IMG/VR virus record: IMGVR_UViG_2939167301_000003
Strand: one strand, 5' to 3'
Length of the DNA stretch: 37,655 nucleotides
DNA from: a virus
Lineage: Duplodnaviria; Heunggongvirae; Uroviricota; Caudoviricetes
Made by a program: the position numbers and the translations under genes. Shown here piece by piece: positions 18,781 through 28,491 of the stretch. Each line of letters starts with the position of its first letter. The first letter of the stretch is position 1. The notes under the pieces are model-generated. The model was not told the DNA's origin. It saw only the letters and a list, made by a program, of their open reading frames with translations, and did no database searches.

Positions 18781-19206
18781 ATGAAGAAATTATCCCTTTC
18801 ACTGATGCTGAACGTGTCGCTGGCGCTGATGCTGGCACTGTCCCTGATTTACCCGCAGAGCGTGGCCGTCAGTTTTGTCGCTGCCTGGGCGATTCTGGCG
18901 ATGATTATTTGTGTGGTTGCCGGTGGTGTCGGCGTGTATGCCACGGAGTATGTACTTGAACGCTACGGGCGGGAGCTGCCACCGGAATCGCTGGCCGTGA
19001 AGATTGTCACGTCGCTGTTTTTGCAGTCGGTGCCGTGGTGCAGACGGGCGGCGGCTCTGGTAGTGATGGTGGCGACGTTTATCTCGCTGGTTGCCGCCGG
19101 GTGGATTTTTACTGCGCTGATTTATCTCGTGGCGTCGCTGTTTTTCCGGCTGATACGCACGGCCTGCCGTCAGCGTCTTGAGGGGCGGGAACTATGTCAA
19201 AGCTGA
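18781..19206 (+). CDS. lysA: Lysis timing protein LysA (membrane protein)
   Basis: 141 aa, strongly hydrophobic, in the P2 lysA position. Confidence 0.8.
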   Translation: MKKLSLSLMLNVSLALMLALSLIYPQSVAVSFVAAWAILAMIICVVAGGVGVYATEYVLERYGRELPPESLAVKIVTSLFLQSVPWCRRAAALVVMVATFISLVAAGWIFTALIYLVASLFFRLIRTACRQRLEGRELCQS

Positions 19207-19619
19207 TGATTGCACTGGTCGTGTTGTTATCGCTGGCGGTGGCGGGGCTGTTTCTGGTGAAGCATGAAAACGCCAGACTGCGCTACTCGCTGGACAGGGC
19301 GAACAGCGTCGCCAGCGGGCAGCAGACGACCATCACCATGCTGAAAAATCAGCTTCATGTTGCCCTCACCAGGGCAGACAAAAACGAGCTGGCGCAGGTG
19401 GCACTGCGTCAGGAACTGGAGAACGCCGCGAAGCGTGAAGCACAGCGCGAGAAAACCATCACGAGGTTACTGAATGAAAACGAAGATTTTCGCCGCTGGT
19501 ACGGCGCTGGCCTGCCTGATGCTGTGCGCCGGTTGCACCAGCGCCCGGCCTGCGCCGACGCCAGTGATTGTCCACAACGCCTGCCCGAAAGTGAGCCTTT
19601 GCCCGATGCCGGGCAGTGA
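19194..19619 (+). CDS. lysB: LysB (Rz-like spanin component)
   Basis: 141 aa with an N-terminal membrane anchor and coiled-coil-like body, in the P2 lysB position. Confidence 0.8.
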   Translation: MSKLMIALVVLLSLAVAGLFLVKHENARLRYSLDRANSVASGQQTTITMLKNQLHVALTRADKNELAQVALRQELENAAKREAQREKTITRLLNENEDFRRWYGAGLPDAVRRLHQRPACADASDCPQRLPESEPLPDAGQ

Positions 19620-19764
19620 CCCGGAGACGAACGGCGATTTAAGTGCTGATATCCGGCAGCTTGAGAACGCGCTGGCACGCTGTGCCAGCCAGGTAAAAAT
19701 GATTAAACACTGTCAGGACGAAAACGATGCTCAAACCCGACAGCCTGCGCAGGGCGCTGACTGA
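19474..19764 (+). CDS. lysC: LysC (Rz1-like outer-membrane lipoprotein spanin, embedded in another frame of lysB)
   Basis: 96 aa with a lipoprotein signal (MKTKIFAAGTALACLMLCAGC) and a Pro-rich body; overlaps the 3' end of lysB as in P2. Confidence 0.75.
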   Translation: MKTKIFAAGTALACLMLCAGCTSARPAPTPVIVHNACPKVSLCPMPGSDPETNGDLSADIRQLENALARCASQVKMIKHCQDENDAQTRQPAQGAD

Positions 19765-20194
19765 TGCCGTCACGGTGCTGAAAACTAACCCCGATATGCT
19801 GCGGATATTCGTGGATAACGGGAGTATTGCCTCCACACTGGCGACGTCGCTGTCATTCGAAAAGCGTTACACGCTCAATGTGATTGTGACCGACTTTACC
19901 GGTGATTTTGACCTGCTCATTGTGCCGGTGCTGGCGTGGCTGCGGGAAAATCAGTCCGACATCATGACCACCGACGAAGGCCAGAAAAAGGGCTTCACGT
20001 TTTATGCAGACATCAACAATGACAGCAGCTTTGATATCAGCATCAGCCTGATGCTGACCGAGCGCACGCTGGTCAGTGAGGTGGACGGCGCACTGCATGT
20101 GAAGAATATCCCGGAACCCCCGCCGCCGGAGCCGGTTACCCGCCCGATGGAGCTGTATATCAATGGCGAACTGGTGAGCAAGTGGGATGAATGA
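19727..20194 (+). CDS. R: Tail completion protein R
   Basis: 155 aa, the size of P2 gpR. Confidence 0.85.
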   Translation: MLKPDSLRRALTDAVTVLKTNPDMLRIFVDNGSIASTLATSLSFEKRYTLNVIVTDFTGDFDLLIVPVLAWLRENQSDIMTTDEGQKKGFTFYADINNDSSFDISISLMLTERTLVSEVDGALHVKNIPEPPPPEPVTRPMELYINGELVSKWDE

Positions 20195-20639
20195 GTTTAA
20201 GCGTTTTGAAGACCGGCTGGCCGGACTGACTGAATCGCTGTCACCGTCAGGGCGTCGGCGGCTGAGTGCCGAACTGGCGAAACGTCTGCGGCAGAGTCAG
20301 CAGCGTCGGGTGATGGCACAGAAAGCCCCGGACGGCACACCCTACGTGCCACGCCAGCAGCAGAGCGCCAGAAAAAAGACTGGTCGTGTTAAGCGAAAAA
20401 TGTTTGCGAAACTTATCACCAATCGTTTTTTGCATATCCGCGCCAGCCCGGAGCAGGCATCAATGGAATTTTACGGCGGAAAGTCACCGAAAATCGCCAG
20501 TGTGCATCAGTTTGGTCTGTCGGAAGAAACCCGGAAAGACGGTAAGAAAATTGATTATCCGGCGCGTCCCCTGCTCGGCTTTACCGGTGAGGATGTGCAG
20601 ATGATTGAAGAGATTATCCTGGCTCACCTCGACCGTTAG
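20187..20639 (+). CDS. S: Tail completion protein S
   Basis: 150 aa, the size of P2 gpS. Confidence 0.85.
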   Translation: MNEFKRFEDRLAGLTESLSPSGRRRLSAELAKRLRQSQQRRVMAQKAPDGTPYVPRQQQSARKKTGRVKRKMFAKLITNRFLHIRASPEQASMEFYGGKSPKIASVHQFGLSEETRKDGKKIDYPARPLLGFTGEDVQMIEEIILAHLDR

Positions 20640-20705
20640 TTGTGCCATTCCTGACACCTCATCGTCACATTGCCGCCGGTATGACCCGGCGGCATCCTTC
20701 CCGTT

Positions 20706-21341
20706 ATGAACACTCTCGCAAATATTCAGGAACTCGCGCGCGCACTGCGCAACATGATCCGCACCGGCATTATCGTCGAAACCGACCTTAATGCCGGTCG
20801 CTGCCGTGTGCAGACCGGCGGCATGTGCACCGACTGGCTTCAGTGGCTGACCTGTCGTGCCGGGCGTTCGCGCACATGGTGGGCACCTTCCGTGGGGGAA
20901 CAGGTGCTGATTCTGGCCGTGGGTGGTGAACTCGACACGGCGTTCGTTCTGCCGGGGATTTATTCCGGCGATAGCCCCGCGCCGTCTGCGTCGGCGGATG
21001 CCCTGCATATCCGTTTCCCTGACGGGGCGGTGATTGAGTATGAACCCGAAACTAGTGCACTCACGGTAAGCGGAATTAAAACGGCCAGCGTGACGGCTTC
21101 TGATTCTGTTACTGCCAGGGTGCCTGTGGTCATGGTGAAAGCATCAACCCGCGTCACCCTGGACACACCGGAGGTGGTCTGCACCAACAAGCTGATCACC
21201 GGCACGCTGGAAGTGCAGAAGGGCGGGACGATGCGCGGCAACATTGAACACACCGGCGGTGAACTCTCATCAAACGGTAAGGTACTGCATACCCATAAAC
21301 ACCCAGGAGACAGCGGCGGCACAACCGGGAGTCCTCTATGA
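20706..21341 (+). CDS. V: Baseplate spike protein V
   Basis: 211 aa, the size of P2 gpV, first gene of the baseplate operon. Confidence 0.88.
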   Translation: MNTLANIQELARALRNMIRTGIIVETDLNAGRCRVQTGGMCTDWLQWLTCRAGRSRTWWAPSVGEQVLILAVGGELDTAFVLPGIYSGDSPAPSASADALHIRFPDGAVIEYEPETSALTVSGIKTASVTASDSVTARVPVVMVKASTRVTLDTPEVVCTNKLITGTLEVQKGGTMRGNIEHTGGELSSNGKVLHTHKHPGDSGGTTGSPL

Positions 21342-21685
21342 CAGCACGTTATCTCGGAATGAATCGCAGTGATGGCCTGACTGTCACTGACCTTGAGCAT
21401 ATCAGCCAGAGTATCGGCGATATCCTGCGCACACCGGTCGGCTCACGGGTGATGCGTCGTGATTACGGCTCGTTGCTGGCATCAATGATTGACCAGCCGC
21501 AGACCCCGGCGCTTGAGTTGCAGATTAAGGTCGCCTGTTACATGGCGGTGCTGAAATGGGAACCCCGCGTCACCCTGTCATCTGTCACCACTGAGCGCAG
21601 TTTTGAGGGGCGAATGACGGTCACGTTAACCGGTCAGCACAACGACACCGGCCAGCCACTTTCGTTAACCATCCCTGTGAGTTGA
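21338..21685 (+). CDS. W: Baseplate protein W (gp25/lysozyme-like fold family)
   Basis: 115 aa, the size of P2 gpW. Confidence 0.88.
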   Translation: MTARYLGMNRSDGLTVTDLEHISQSIGDILRTPVGSRVMRRDYGSLLASMIDQPQTPALELQIKVACYMAVLKWEPRVTLSSVTTERSFEGRMTVTLTGQHNDTGQPLSLTIPVS

Positions 21686-21689
21686 AACC

Positions 21690-22598
21690 ATGCCGATTAT
21701 CGACCTGAACCAGCTACCCGCACCGGATGTGGTCGAGGAGCTGGACTTTGAAACCATTCTTGCCGAACGCAAGGCGACACTGATTTCCCTTTACCCGGAA
21801 GACCAGCAGGAGGCGGTCGCCCGTACCCTGACGCTGGAATCTGAGCCTCTCGTCAAACTGCTGGAGGAAAATGCTTATCGTGAGCTTATCTGGCGTCAGC
21901 GTGTGAATGAGGCCGCACGGGCGGTGATGCTGGCCTGTGCAGCCGGTAATGACCTTGATGTGATTGGTGCCAATTACAACACCACACGCCTGACTATCAC
22001 CCCGGCAGATGATTCGACCATCCCGCCGACACCGGCAGTGATGGAGTCTGACACCGATTATCGTCTGCGTATTCAGCAGTCATTTGAGGGCTTAAGCGTC
22101 GCCGGGTCGGTGGGAGCCTATCAGTATCATGGTCGCAGTGCCGACGGGCGTGTCGCGGATATCTCTGTCACCAGTCCGTCTCCGGCCTGCGTCACCATCT
22201 CCGTGCTGTCACGTGAAAATAACGGTGTCGCATCCGAAGACCTGCTGGCCGTGGTGCGTAACGCCCTGAATGGCGAGGACGTCAGACCGGTGGCCGACCG
22301 CGTGACCGTGCAGTCCGCCGCCATCGTTGAATACCAGATAAACGCCACGCTTTACCTTTACCCTGGTCCCGAAAGCGAACCCATTCGCGCTGCCGCCGTG
22401 AAAAAACTGGAAGCGTATATCACGGCACAGCACCGGCTGGGGCGCGACATCCGTCTGTCTGCCATTTATGCCGCTTTGCATGTGGAAGGCGTGCAGCGTG
22501 TCGAGCTGGCCGCACCACTGGCCGACATTGTGCTCAACAGTACGCAGGCGTCTTTCTGCACCGAATACAGCGTCGTGACCGGAGGCTCGGATGAGTGA
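21690..22598 (+). CDS. J: Baseplate wedge protein J
   Basis: 302 aa, the size of P2 gpJ. Confidence 0.88.
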   Translation: MPIIDLNQLPAPDVVEELDFETILAERKATLISLYPEDQQEAVARTLTLESEPLVKLLEENAYRELIWRQRVNEAARAVMLACAAGNDLDVIGANYNTTRLTITPADDSTIPPTPAVMESDTDYRLRIQQSFEGLSVAGSVGAYQYHGRSADGRVADISVTSPSPACVTISVLSRENNGVASEDLLAVVRNALNGEDVRPVADRVTVQSAAIVEYQINATLYLYPGPESEPIRAAAVKKLEAYITAQHRLGRDIRLSAIYAALHVEGVQRVELAAPLADIVLNSTQASFCTEYSVVTGGSDE

Positions 22599-23202
22599 TT
22601 CGCGCCTGCTGCCGACCGGCTCATCACCGCTTGAAGTTGCCGCCGCAAAAGCCTGTGCGGAAATTGAAAAAACGCCGGTCAGTATTCGTGAACTGTGGAA
22701 CCCGGATACCTGTCCGGCAAATCTGCTGTCGTGGCTGGCGTGGTCATTTTCGGTTGACCGCTGGGATGATAAGTGGCCGGAAGCGACAAAACGCGCTGTT
22801 ATCCGCGATGCGTATTTCATTCACTGCCATAAGGGCACTATAGGCGCAATCCGGCGTGTGGTGGAGCCGCTCGGCTATCTGATTGAGGTGAGGGAGTGGT
22901 GGCAGCTCAACGAGGAACCGGGGACGTTCCGCATCGTTGTTGGCGTGCTTGAGCAGGGTATTACCGAGGAAATGTATCAGGAGCTGGAGCGTCTCGTTGC
23001 TGATGCAAAACCTGCAAGCCGCCATCTGACGGGACTGGCTATCAGTTTAAGTACAACCGGCAACATTTTTGCCGGTGCGGGATGCTATCACGGCGACGCC
23101 CTGACGGTTTATCCCTACACCCCGGAGGCCATTATTGTCGGAGGGGATTATTTCCCGGCCTCGGCCATTCATTTAATTGATAACCTGAGAGTAAACGCAT
23201 GA
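22591..23202 (+). CDS. I: Baseplate protein I
   Basis: 203 aa (P2 gpI is 176 aa); position between J and H. Confidence 0.8.
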   Translation: MSDSRLLPTGSSPLEVAAAKACAEIEKTPVSIRELWNPDTCPANLLSWLAWSFSVDRWDDKWPEATKRAVIRDAYFIHCHKGTIGAIRRVVEPLGYLIEVREWWQLNEEPGTFRIVVGVLEQGITEEMYQELERLVADAKPASRHLTGLAISLSTTGNIFAGAGCYHGDALTVYPYTPEAIIVGGDYFPASAIHLIDNLRVNA

Positions 23203-24494
23203 CAGTGAAATACTACGCCATTCTGACTAATCAGGGCGCAGCACGGCTGGCTAACGCGACGATGCTTGGCAGTAAGCTGAATCTGACGCAAATGGCCGTT
23301 GGTGATGCGAATGGTGTCTTGCCGACACCAGACCCGGCACAGACAAAACTGATTAATCAGAAACGCATTGCACCGCTGAATCTTCTGAGTGTTGACCCGA
23401 ACAACCAGAGCCAGATTATTGCGGAGCAAATCATCCCTGAGAACGAGGGCGGATTCTGGATCCGTGAGATTGGGCTTTATGATGATGAAGGCGTACTCAT
23501 TGCGGTGGCCAACTGCCCGGAAACGTACAAACCGCAGTTACAGGAAGGCAGTGGTCGTACCCAGACTATCCGCATGATTCTGGTTGTCACGAATATCGAA
23601 GCCATCACGCTGAAAATCGACCCGTCGGTGGTACTGGCGACCCGTAAATATGTGGATGATGAAGTCCTGGAATTAAGGCTGTATGTGGATGACCAGATGA
23701 GAAACCACATTGCCGCACAGGATCCTCATACCCAGTATGCACAGAAACATAATCCGACATTTACCGGAGAACCAAAAGCCCCGACGCCTGCCGCAGGAAA
23801 TAACACCACGCGGATTGCGACCACTGAGTTTGTTCAGGCCGCTATTACCGCTCTGATTAACGGCGCGCCAGCCACGCTGGACACACTGAAAGAAATTGCC
23901 GCAGCCATTAACAATGACCCGAAATTCAGCACCACTATTAACAATGCGCTGTCAGGTAAGCAGCCACTGGATGAGACGCTGACTCATTTGAGCGGAAAGG
24001 ATGTTGCCGGCCTTCTCGCATACCTTGGTTTGGGAGAAACGATAAATAGAGCCTCCAGAGCTATGCAGAAATCGGCTAATGGATCTGATATTTCTGATGT
24101 ATCAGCCTTCCGAAATGCGCTCCAGTTAGGGACCGCTGCAACACGAGATGTTGGAGCAGATAATGCCTCGAAGTTACTGGATTTAGACAGCTTCAGGTCA
24201 ATGATGTCAGGTAATGGCTACATCTACATTCCATGCATTGCGACGACAGGAAACCCGGTGAAACTTATGTTGCAGTGGGGAACGGTGGCAACACAAAAGG
24301 GAGCTGATGCTGGATATGCCTTACCATTTGCTTTTCCCTATGCAGGCTTGTTTGCGACCGGAAACCGTGGAACATCTGGCTACAATGCCGCGATGAATGT
24401 GCGTATTGCCAGCAGAACGCATATCAGTATTCAGAACTGGTCGCCATCCGGAGAGGGCACCGAAGATTGTTGTTTTATCGCGCTGGGGTATTAA
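23199..24494 (+). CDS. H: Tail fibre protein H (constant N-terminal part plus the currently attached variable C-terminal module)
   Basis: N-terminus MTVKYYAILTNQGAARLANA typical of P2-family H. 431 aa, shorter than P2 H. Contains the inversion crossover site at 24013-24038. Confidence 0.88.
   Translation: MTVKYYAILTNQGAARLANATMLGSKLNLTQMAVGDANGVLPTPDPAQTKLINQKRIAPLNLLSVDPNNQSQIIAEQIIPENEGGFWIREIGLYDDEGVLIAVANCPETYKPQLQEGSGRTQTIRMILVVTNIEAITLKIDPSVVLATRKYVDDEVLELRLYVDDQMRNHIAAQDPHTQYAQKHNPTFTGEPKAPTPAAGNNTTRIATTEFVQAAITALINGAPATLDTLKEIAAAINNDPKFSTTINNALSGKQPLDETLTHLSGKDVAGLLAYLGLGETINRASRAMQKSANGSDISDVSAFRNALQLGTAATRDVGADNASKLLDLDSFRSMMSGNGYIYIPCIATTGNPVKLMLQWGTVATQKGADAGYALPFAFPYAGLFATGNRGTSGYNAAMNVRIASRTHISIQNWSPSGEGTEDCCFIALGY
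24013..24038. other. Left 26-bp invertase recombination site (hix/gix-like), inside H
   Basis: TTCTCGCATACCTTGGTTTGGGAGAA; its reverse complement shares TTCTCCCAAACCAA with the right site. The H protein loses P2-like constant sequence at exactly this point (LAYLGLGE). Confidence 0.75.
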
Positions 24495-24496
24495 GA

Positions 24497-24913
24497 ATGA
24501 ATAAATTTTATAAAGGCTCTTTCTATCCGAAAGCACTAAAAGAGGTATATATCAGCGCCGGTTCATGGCCTGAAAATGGCGTTGATGTTGATGATGAAAC
24601 AATAGCAATTTACACAGGCGTAGCGCCAGAAGGCAAAACGCTGGGGGCTGATAAAAATGGTAATCCTGCATGGATTGATATCCCGCCACTCTCCGCTGAA
24701 CAACAGATTATTCAGGCTGAACAGAAAAGAACGGTATTGCGTTCAATGGCTGATAAGGAAATAGTCTGGAGACAGGATGCTTTTGATGCGGAAATCGCGA
24801 CGGCAGAAGAAACCGCCGCGTTGTCTGAATGGAAAAAATATCGGGTCTTACTGATGCGCGTTGATACATCAAATCCCGTCTGGCCTACGCCTCCGGGGGA
24901 GCAGGCCAATTGA
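24497..24913 (+). CDS. G: Tail fibre assembly chaperone G (module for the current orientation)
   Basis: 138 aa ORF immediately after H, inside the invertible segment. Confidence 0.8.
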   Translation: MNKFYKGSFYPKALKEVYISAGSWPENGVDVDDETIAIYTGVAPEGKTLGADKNGNPAWIDIPPLSAEQQIIQAEQKRTVLRSMADKEIVWRQDAFDAEIATAEETAALSEWKKYRVLLMRVDTSNPVWPTPPGEQAN

Positions 24914-25505
24914 TATCCGGCGCGGTGCTGGTATCAGTTACCGTCACCGCGTCAATGTAATCCAGCACGACGTTAAGCCGGGTGGTTTCTGTCTGCGTCA
25001 GTTTTCGCCCGGCCTGCAATTTCAGTTGAATCAGATTAATGGAAGCCATTGCAGTATCAATCAGTGACTGTCGCTGTGTTTCTGCCGCGCCTACTGCGGC
25101 GCTATGCTGTGCCTCAGTATCTGTCACCCATTTCTCACCATCCCATTCATCGTATGGCGTTAACGGGGCGACAGTGGTTGTGTTTTCAGGGTAATCCCCC
25201 GGAGTGGTGATTTCTGCTGCCTCACGGGTTTCTGTGTTATAGACTGTCTCACCCCGATGGTCCGGCACGTACTCCCACGCGGTCAGGTCGGCTGTGCGGC
25301 AAATTGCATAACCAGCCCGCCTTTCCCCGGGGGCATCAGTGCATGAATGTGCAGGAAGGCCAACGCCCACAGCCAGATATTCGGTTGACGTGCAAAGGTA
25401 TTCCCGCGTCTTATTATCGTAGCTGTGGACAACAACCTCTCCTGCAACTGTTGCCAGCCGCGATTCATTCAGCACCGCTGTAGTCATGGTTTTCTTGCTC
25501 ATCAT
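24885..25505 (-). CDS. Alternative tail fibre assembly chaperone (G'), inverse orientation
   Basis: 206 aa convergent ORF inside the invertible segment; C-terminal region resembles tail-fibre assembly proteins. Confidence 0.75.
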   Translation of the reverse strand: MMSKKTMTTAVLNESRLATVAGEVVVHSYDNKTREYLCTSTEYLAVGVGLPAHSCTDAPGERRAGYAICRTADLTAWEYVPDHRGETVYNTETREAAEITTPGDYPENTTTVAPLTPYDEWDGEKWVTDTEAQHSAAVGAAETQRQSLIDTAMASINLIQLKLQAGRKLTQTETTRLNVVLDYIDAVTVTDTSTAPDINWPAPPEA

Positions 25506-25977
25506 GCAGCCCTTACGATGTAGTTAAATGCAATGTTACGTGGCCTTGCATAACCCAGATACTGAATCCCCCAGGCTCCCACTGGAACGGGGTTCCAGAT
25601 ATGTTCTGTAGGTATACTTTTCGCTCTGAGAATATCTGAATTGGTTTCAGTTTTATCCCATCCCAGCAGGGCAATGTCGTTTACCGAAAACTGCACCACG
25701 CTGTCGGGTGATATATTGGCTTCCTGAACCAGATAAGAGCCTTTTTGCCACGACAACAACGTCCGGCTACTGTCCACTCCGCGCCCGTCATCCCAGCCAC
25801 GAATAAATTCACCACGTAAATCAGGCAATATATTTGTCGGGTAAGCCTTTGCCAGTTCCGGGTATTCTTCAGCAGAAAATGCCGCCCCGTTGCATTTCAG
25901 CCAGCCTGTTGGCAGTGTGGCTGAAGGCCACGGAACAGGCACACCAACGGGTAATACAGAGCCTTCTCCCAAACCAA
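25502..25977 (-). CDS. Alternative tail fibre C-terminal module (H'), promoterless; expressed only after inversion fuses it to the constant part of H
   Basis: Minus-strand reading frame runs through the right crossover site. Encodes a tail-fibre tip-like sequence (VPVGVPVPWP...LKCNGAAFSAEEYPELA). The track Met at 26017 is probably artefactual. Confidence 0.7.
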
Positions 25978-25989
25978 CGTTTATGAAAA
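25964..25989. other. Right 26-bp invertase recombination site (hix/gix-like)
   Basis: TTCTCCCAAACC-AA-CGTTTATGAAAA, which fits the hixL pattern TTCTTGAAAACC-AA-GGTTTTTGATAA as recalled; inverted relative to the site in H. Confidence 0.75.
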
Positions 25990-26158
25990 TGCAGAGATAA
26001 CGGGCAAGTGGCATCATCTCCGGTTTTTATTCAGGGGGATGCTCATGCTTATTGGCTATGTACGCGTGTCAACAAATGTAAGCGTCGTCTCAGCACCGTC
26101 TGGCAGATCCTGAAATTCCTGAGAGAATAGTGGACACCAAATATGGTGGACGCAATCC

Positions 26159-26563
26159 ATGAAATCATTAACCGCAGTGCGTAAAAAAAGCCCTAATTAT
26201 CCCGTTGAGTTCAAAATCAAAATGGTTGAACTCTCGCATCGACCAGAGATCTCCGTAGCGCAACTCGCTCGTGAGCATGGGATCAACGATAATTTGCTGT
26301 TCAAGTGGCGCCAGTACTGGCGCGAAGGAAAACTACGTCCTCCTTCAACAACAGAAAACAACGTGCCTGAGCTGCTCCCGATAACACTTGATGCCGAAGA
26401 TGTTGTCCCTACAACCTCCCCCCGGTCACAACCTGTAGCTGCTGCGACACCTGAATCACTCAATATCAGCTGTGAAGTGACGTTCCGGCACGGATCACTC
26501 CGTCTGAATGGTGCCATCAGCGAAAATATCCTGAACCTGCTGATACGGGAGCTCAAACGTTGA
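26159..26563 (+). CDS. IS66-family Orf1 (TnpA, HTH protein)
   Basis: 134 aa, first of three ORFs; start of the next ORF overlaps its stop. Confidence 0.8.
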   Translation: MKSLTAVRKKSPNYPVEFKIKMVELSHRPEISVAQLAREHGINDNLLFKWRQYWREGKLRPPSTTENNVPELLPITLDAEDVVPTTSPRSQPVAAATPESLNISCEVTFRHGSLRLNGAISENILNLLIRELKR

Positions 26564-26907
26564 TCCCATTACCATCAGGGACAAAGATCTGGCTGGTCGC
26601 TGGCATCACCGATATGAGAAACGGCTTCAACGGCCTGGCGGCAAAGGTGCAGACGACGCTGAAAGACGATCCGATGTCAGGTCACGTTTTTATCTTCCGT
26701 GGGCGTAATGGCAGTCAGGTAAAGCTCCTCTGGTCTACCGGCGATGGACTGTGTCTGCTGACCAAACGGCTGGAGCGCGGCCGCTTCGCCTGGCCGTCAG
26801 CCCGGGATGGCAAAGTGTTCCTCACACCGGCACAGCTGGCGATGCTGCTGGAAGGTATCGACTGGCGGCAGCCTAAAAGACTGCTTACGTCCCTGACTAT
26901 GTTGTAA
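26560..26907 (+). CDS. IS66-family Orf2 (TnpB)
   Basis: 115 aa; the MIPLPSG...IWLVAGITDMR N-terminus is typical of IS66 Orf2 as recalled. Confidence 0.85.
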   Translation: MIPLPSGTKIWLVAGITDMRNGFNGLAAKVQTTLKDDPMSGHVFIFRGRNGSQVKLLWSTGDGLCLLTKRLERGRFAWPSARDGKVFLTPAQLAMLLEGIDWRQPKRLLTSLTML

Positions 26908-26955
26908 GCCTCTTTATCCTGGTCGACGCTGAATGAGCCTGGTAATATACCCGGT

Positions 26956-28491
26956 ATGAGCAGCTCACTTCCTGACGATATCAATGCACTGAAACGTCTC
27001 CTTGCCGAACAGGAGGCGCTGAACCGTGCCCTGCAGGAAAAGCTGAACGAGCGTGAACGCGAAATAGACCATCTGCAGGCACAGCTGGATAAGCTGCGCC
27101 GGATGAACTTCGGCAGCCGCTCGGAAAAAGTCTCCCGTCGTATCGCACAGATGGAAGCTGACCTGAAGGCACTTCAGAAAGAAAGTGATACCCTTACCGG
27201 TCGGGTTGACGACCCGGCCGTGCAGCGCCCGCTGCGTCAAACCCGCACCCGCAAACCGTTCCCCGAATCACTCCCCCGCGATGAAAAACGGCTGCTGCCG
27301 GCAGCGTCATGCTGCCCGGAATGTGGAGGCTCGCTGAGCTATCTGGGTGAGGATGCCGCCGAACAGCTGGAGCTGATGCGCAGCGCCTTCCGGGTTATCC
27401 GGACTGTACGTGAAAAGCATGCCTGTACTCAGTGCGATGCCATCGTGCAGGCCCCCGCGCCTTCACGGCCCATCGAGCGGGGTATCGCAGGACCGGGGCT
27501 GCTGGCCCGCGTGCTGATCTCAAAGTATGCAGAGCACACCCCGCTGTACCGCCAGTCTGAAATGTACGGCCGCCAGGGCGTGGAGCTGAGTCGTTCACTG
27601 CTGTCGGGCTGGGTGGATGCATGCTGCCGGCTACTGTCACCGCTGGAAGAAGCGCTTCAGGACTATGTGCTGACTGACGGTAAGCTCCATGCTGATGACA
27701 CGCCTGTCCCGGTGCTGTTGCCAGGCAATAAGAAAACGAAGACCGGGCGGTTATGGACCTACGTTCGTGACGACCGTAACGCCGGGTCAACGCTGGCGCC
27801 GGCGGTGTGGTTCGCTTACAGCCCGGACAGAAAAGGCATCCATCCGCAGACCCATCTTGCGGGGTTCAGTGGTGTACTGCAGGCGGATGCATACGCCGGG
27901 TTCAACGAGCTGTACCGGGATGGCCGGATAACGGAAGCCGCCTGTTGGGCTCACGCCCGCCGTAAAATCCACGATGTGCACGTTCGCACCCCGTCAGCCC
28001 TGACGGAGGAAGCGCTGAAACGGATCGGCGAACTGTACGCCATCGAGGCAGAGATAAGGGGAATGACGGCGGAGCAGCGCCTTGCCGAACGTCAGTTGAA
28101 AACGAAACCGCTGCTGAAATCCCTGGAAAGCTGGCTGCGTGAAAAGATGAAAACCCTGTCGCGACACTCAGAACTGGCGAAAGCGTTCGCATACGCCCTG
28201 AACCAGTGGCCGGCGCTGACGTACTATGCAGATGATGGCTGGGCTGAGGCGGACAATAACATCGCTGAAAATGCGTTGCGGATGGTCAGTCTGGGCCGCA
28301 AAAACTACCTGTTCTTCGGTTCGGATCATGGAGGAGAGCGGGGAGCGCTGCTGTACAGCCTGATCGGGACGTGCAAACTGAACGGAGTGGAGCCAGAAAG
28401 CTACCTCCGCTATGTCCTTGACGTCATAGCCGACTGGCCGATAAACCGGGTCGGCGAACTGCTCCCCCTGGCGCGTAGCACTGCCGACTGA
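26956..28491 (+). CDS. IS66-family transposase (Orf3 / TnpC)
   Basis: 511 aa with an N-terminal leucine-zipper-like coiled coil, a CxxC zinc finger (CPECGG...CTQC) and a DDE-type core. Confidence 0.88.
   Translation: MSSSLPDDINALKRLLAEQEALNRALQEKLNEREREIDHLQAQLDKLRRMNFGSRSEKVSRRIAQMEADLKALQKESDTLTGRVDDPAVQRPLRQTRTRKPFPESLPRDEKRLLPAASCCPECGGSLSYLGEDAAEQLELMRSAFRVIRTVREKHACTQCDAIVQAPAPSRPIERGIAGPGLLARVLISKYAEHTPLYRQSEMYGRQGVELSRSLLSGWVDACCRLLSPLEEALQDYVLTDGKLHADDTPVPVLLPGNKKTKTGRLWTYVRDDRNAGSTLAPAVWFAYSPDRKGIHPQTHLAGFSGVLQADAYAGFNELYRDGRITEAACWAHARRKIHDVHVRTPSALTEEALKRIGELYAIEAEIRGMTAEQRLAERQLKTKPLLKSLESWLREKMKTLSRHSELAKAFAYALNQWPALTYYADDGWAEADNNIAENALRMVSLGRKNYLFFGSDHGGERGALLYSLIGTCKLNGVEPESYLRYVLDVIADWPINRVGELLPLARSTAD

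Noticed and set aside
12500-24000. Many antisense or alternative-frame ORFs of 60-240 aa inside the late genes (for example 13528-14238 plus, 16576-17175 minus, 20484-21008 minus, 22209-22820 minus)
   Set aside because: They lie entirely within well-supported P2 structural genes on the opposite strand or in another frame, and their Arg/Ala/Gly-rich composition is typical of spurious ORFs in GC-rich coding DNA.
25978-26017. N-terminal extension MMPLARYLCIFINV of the minus-strand ORF 25502-26017
   Set aside because: This part of the frame reads across the right recombination site into invertase-upstream DNA. The module has no start of its own and is expressed only as a fusion to H after inversion.
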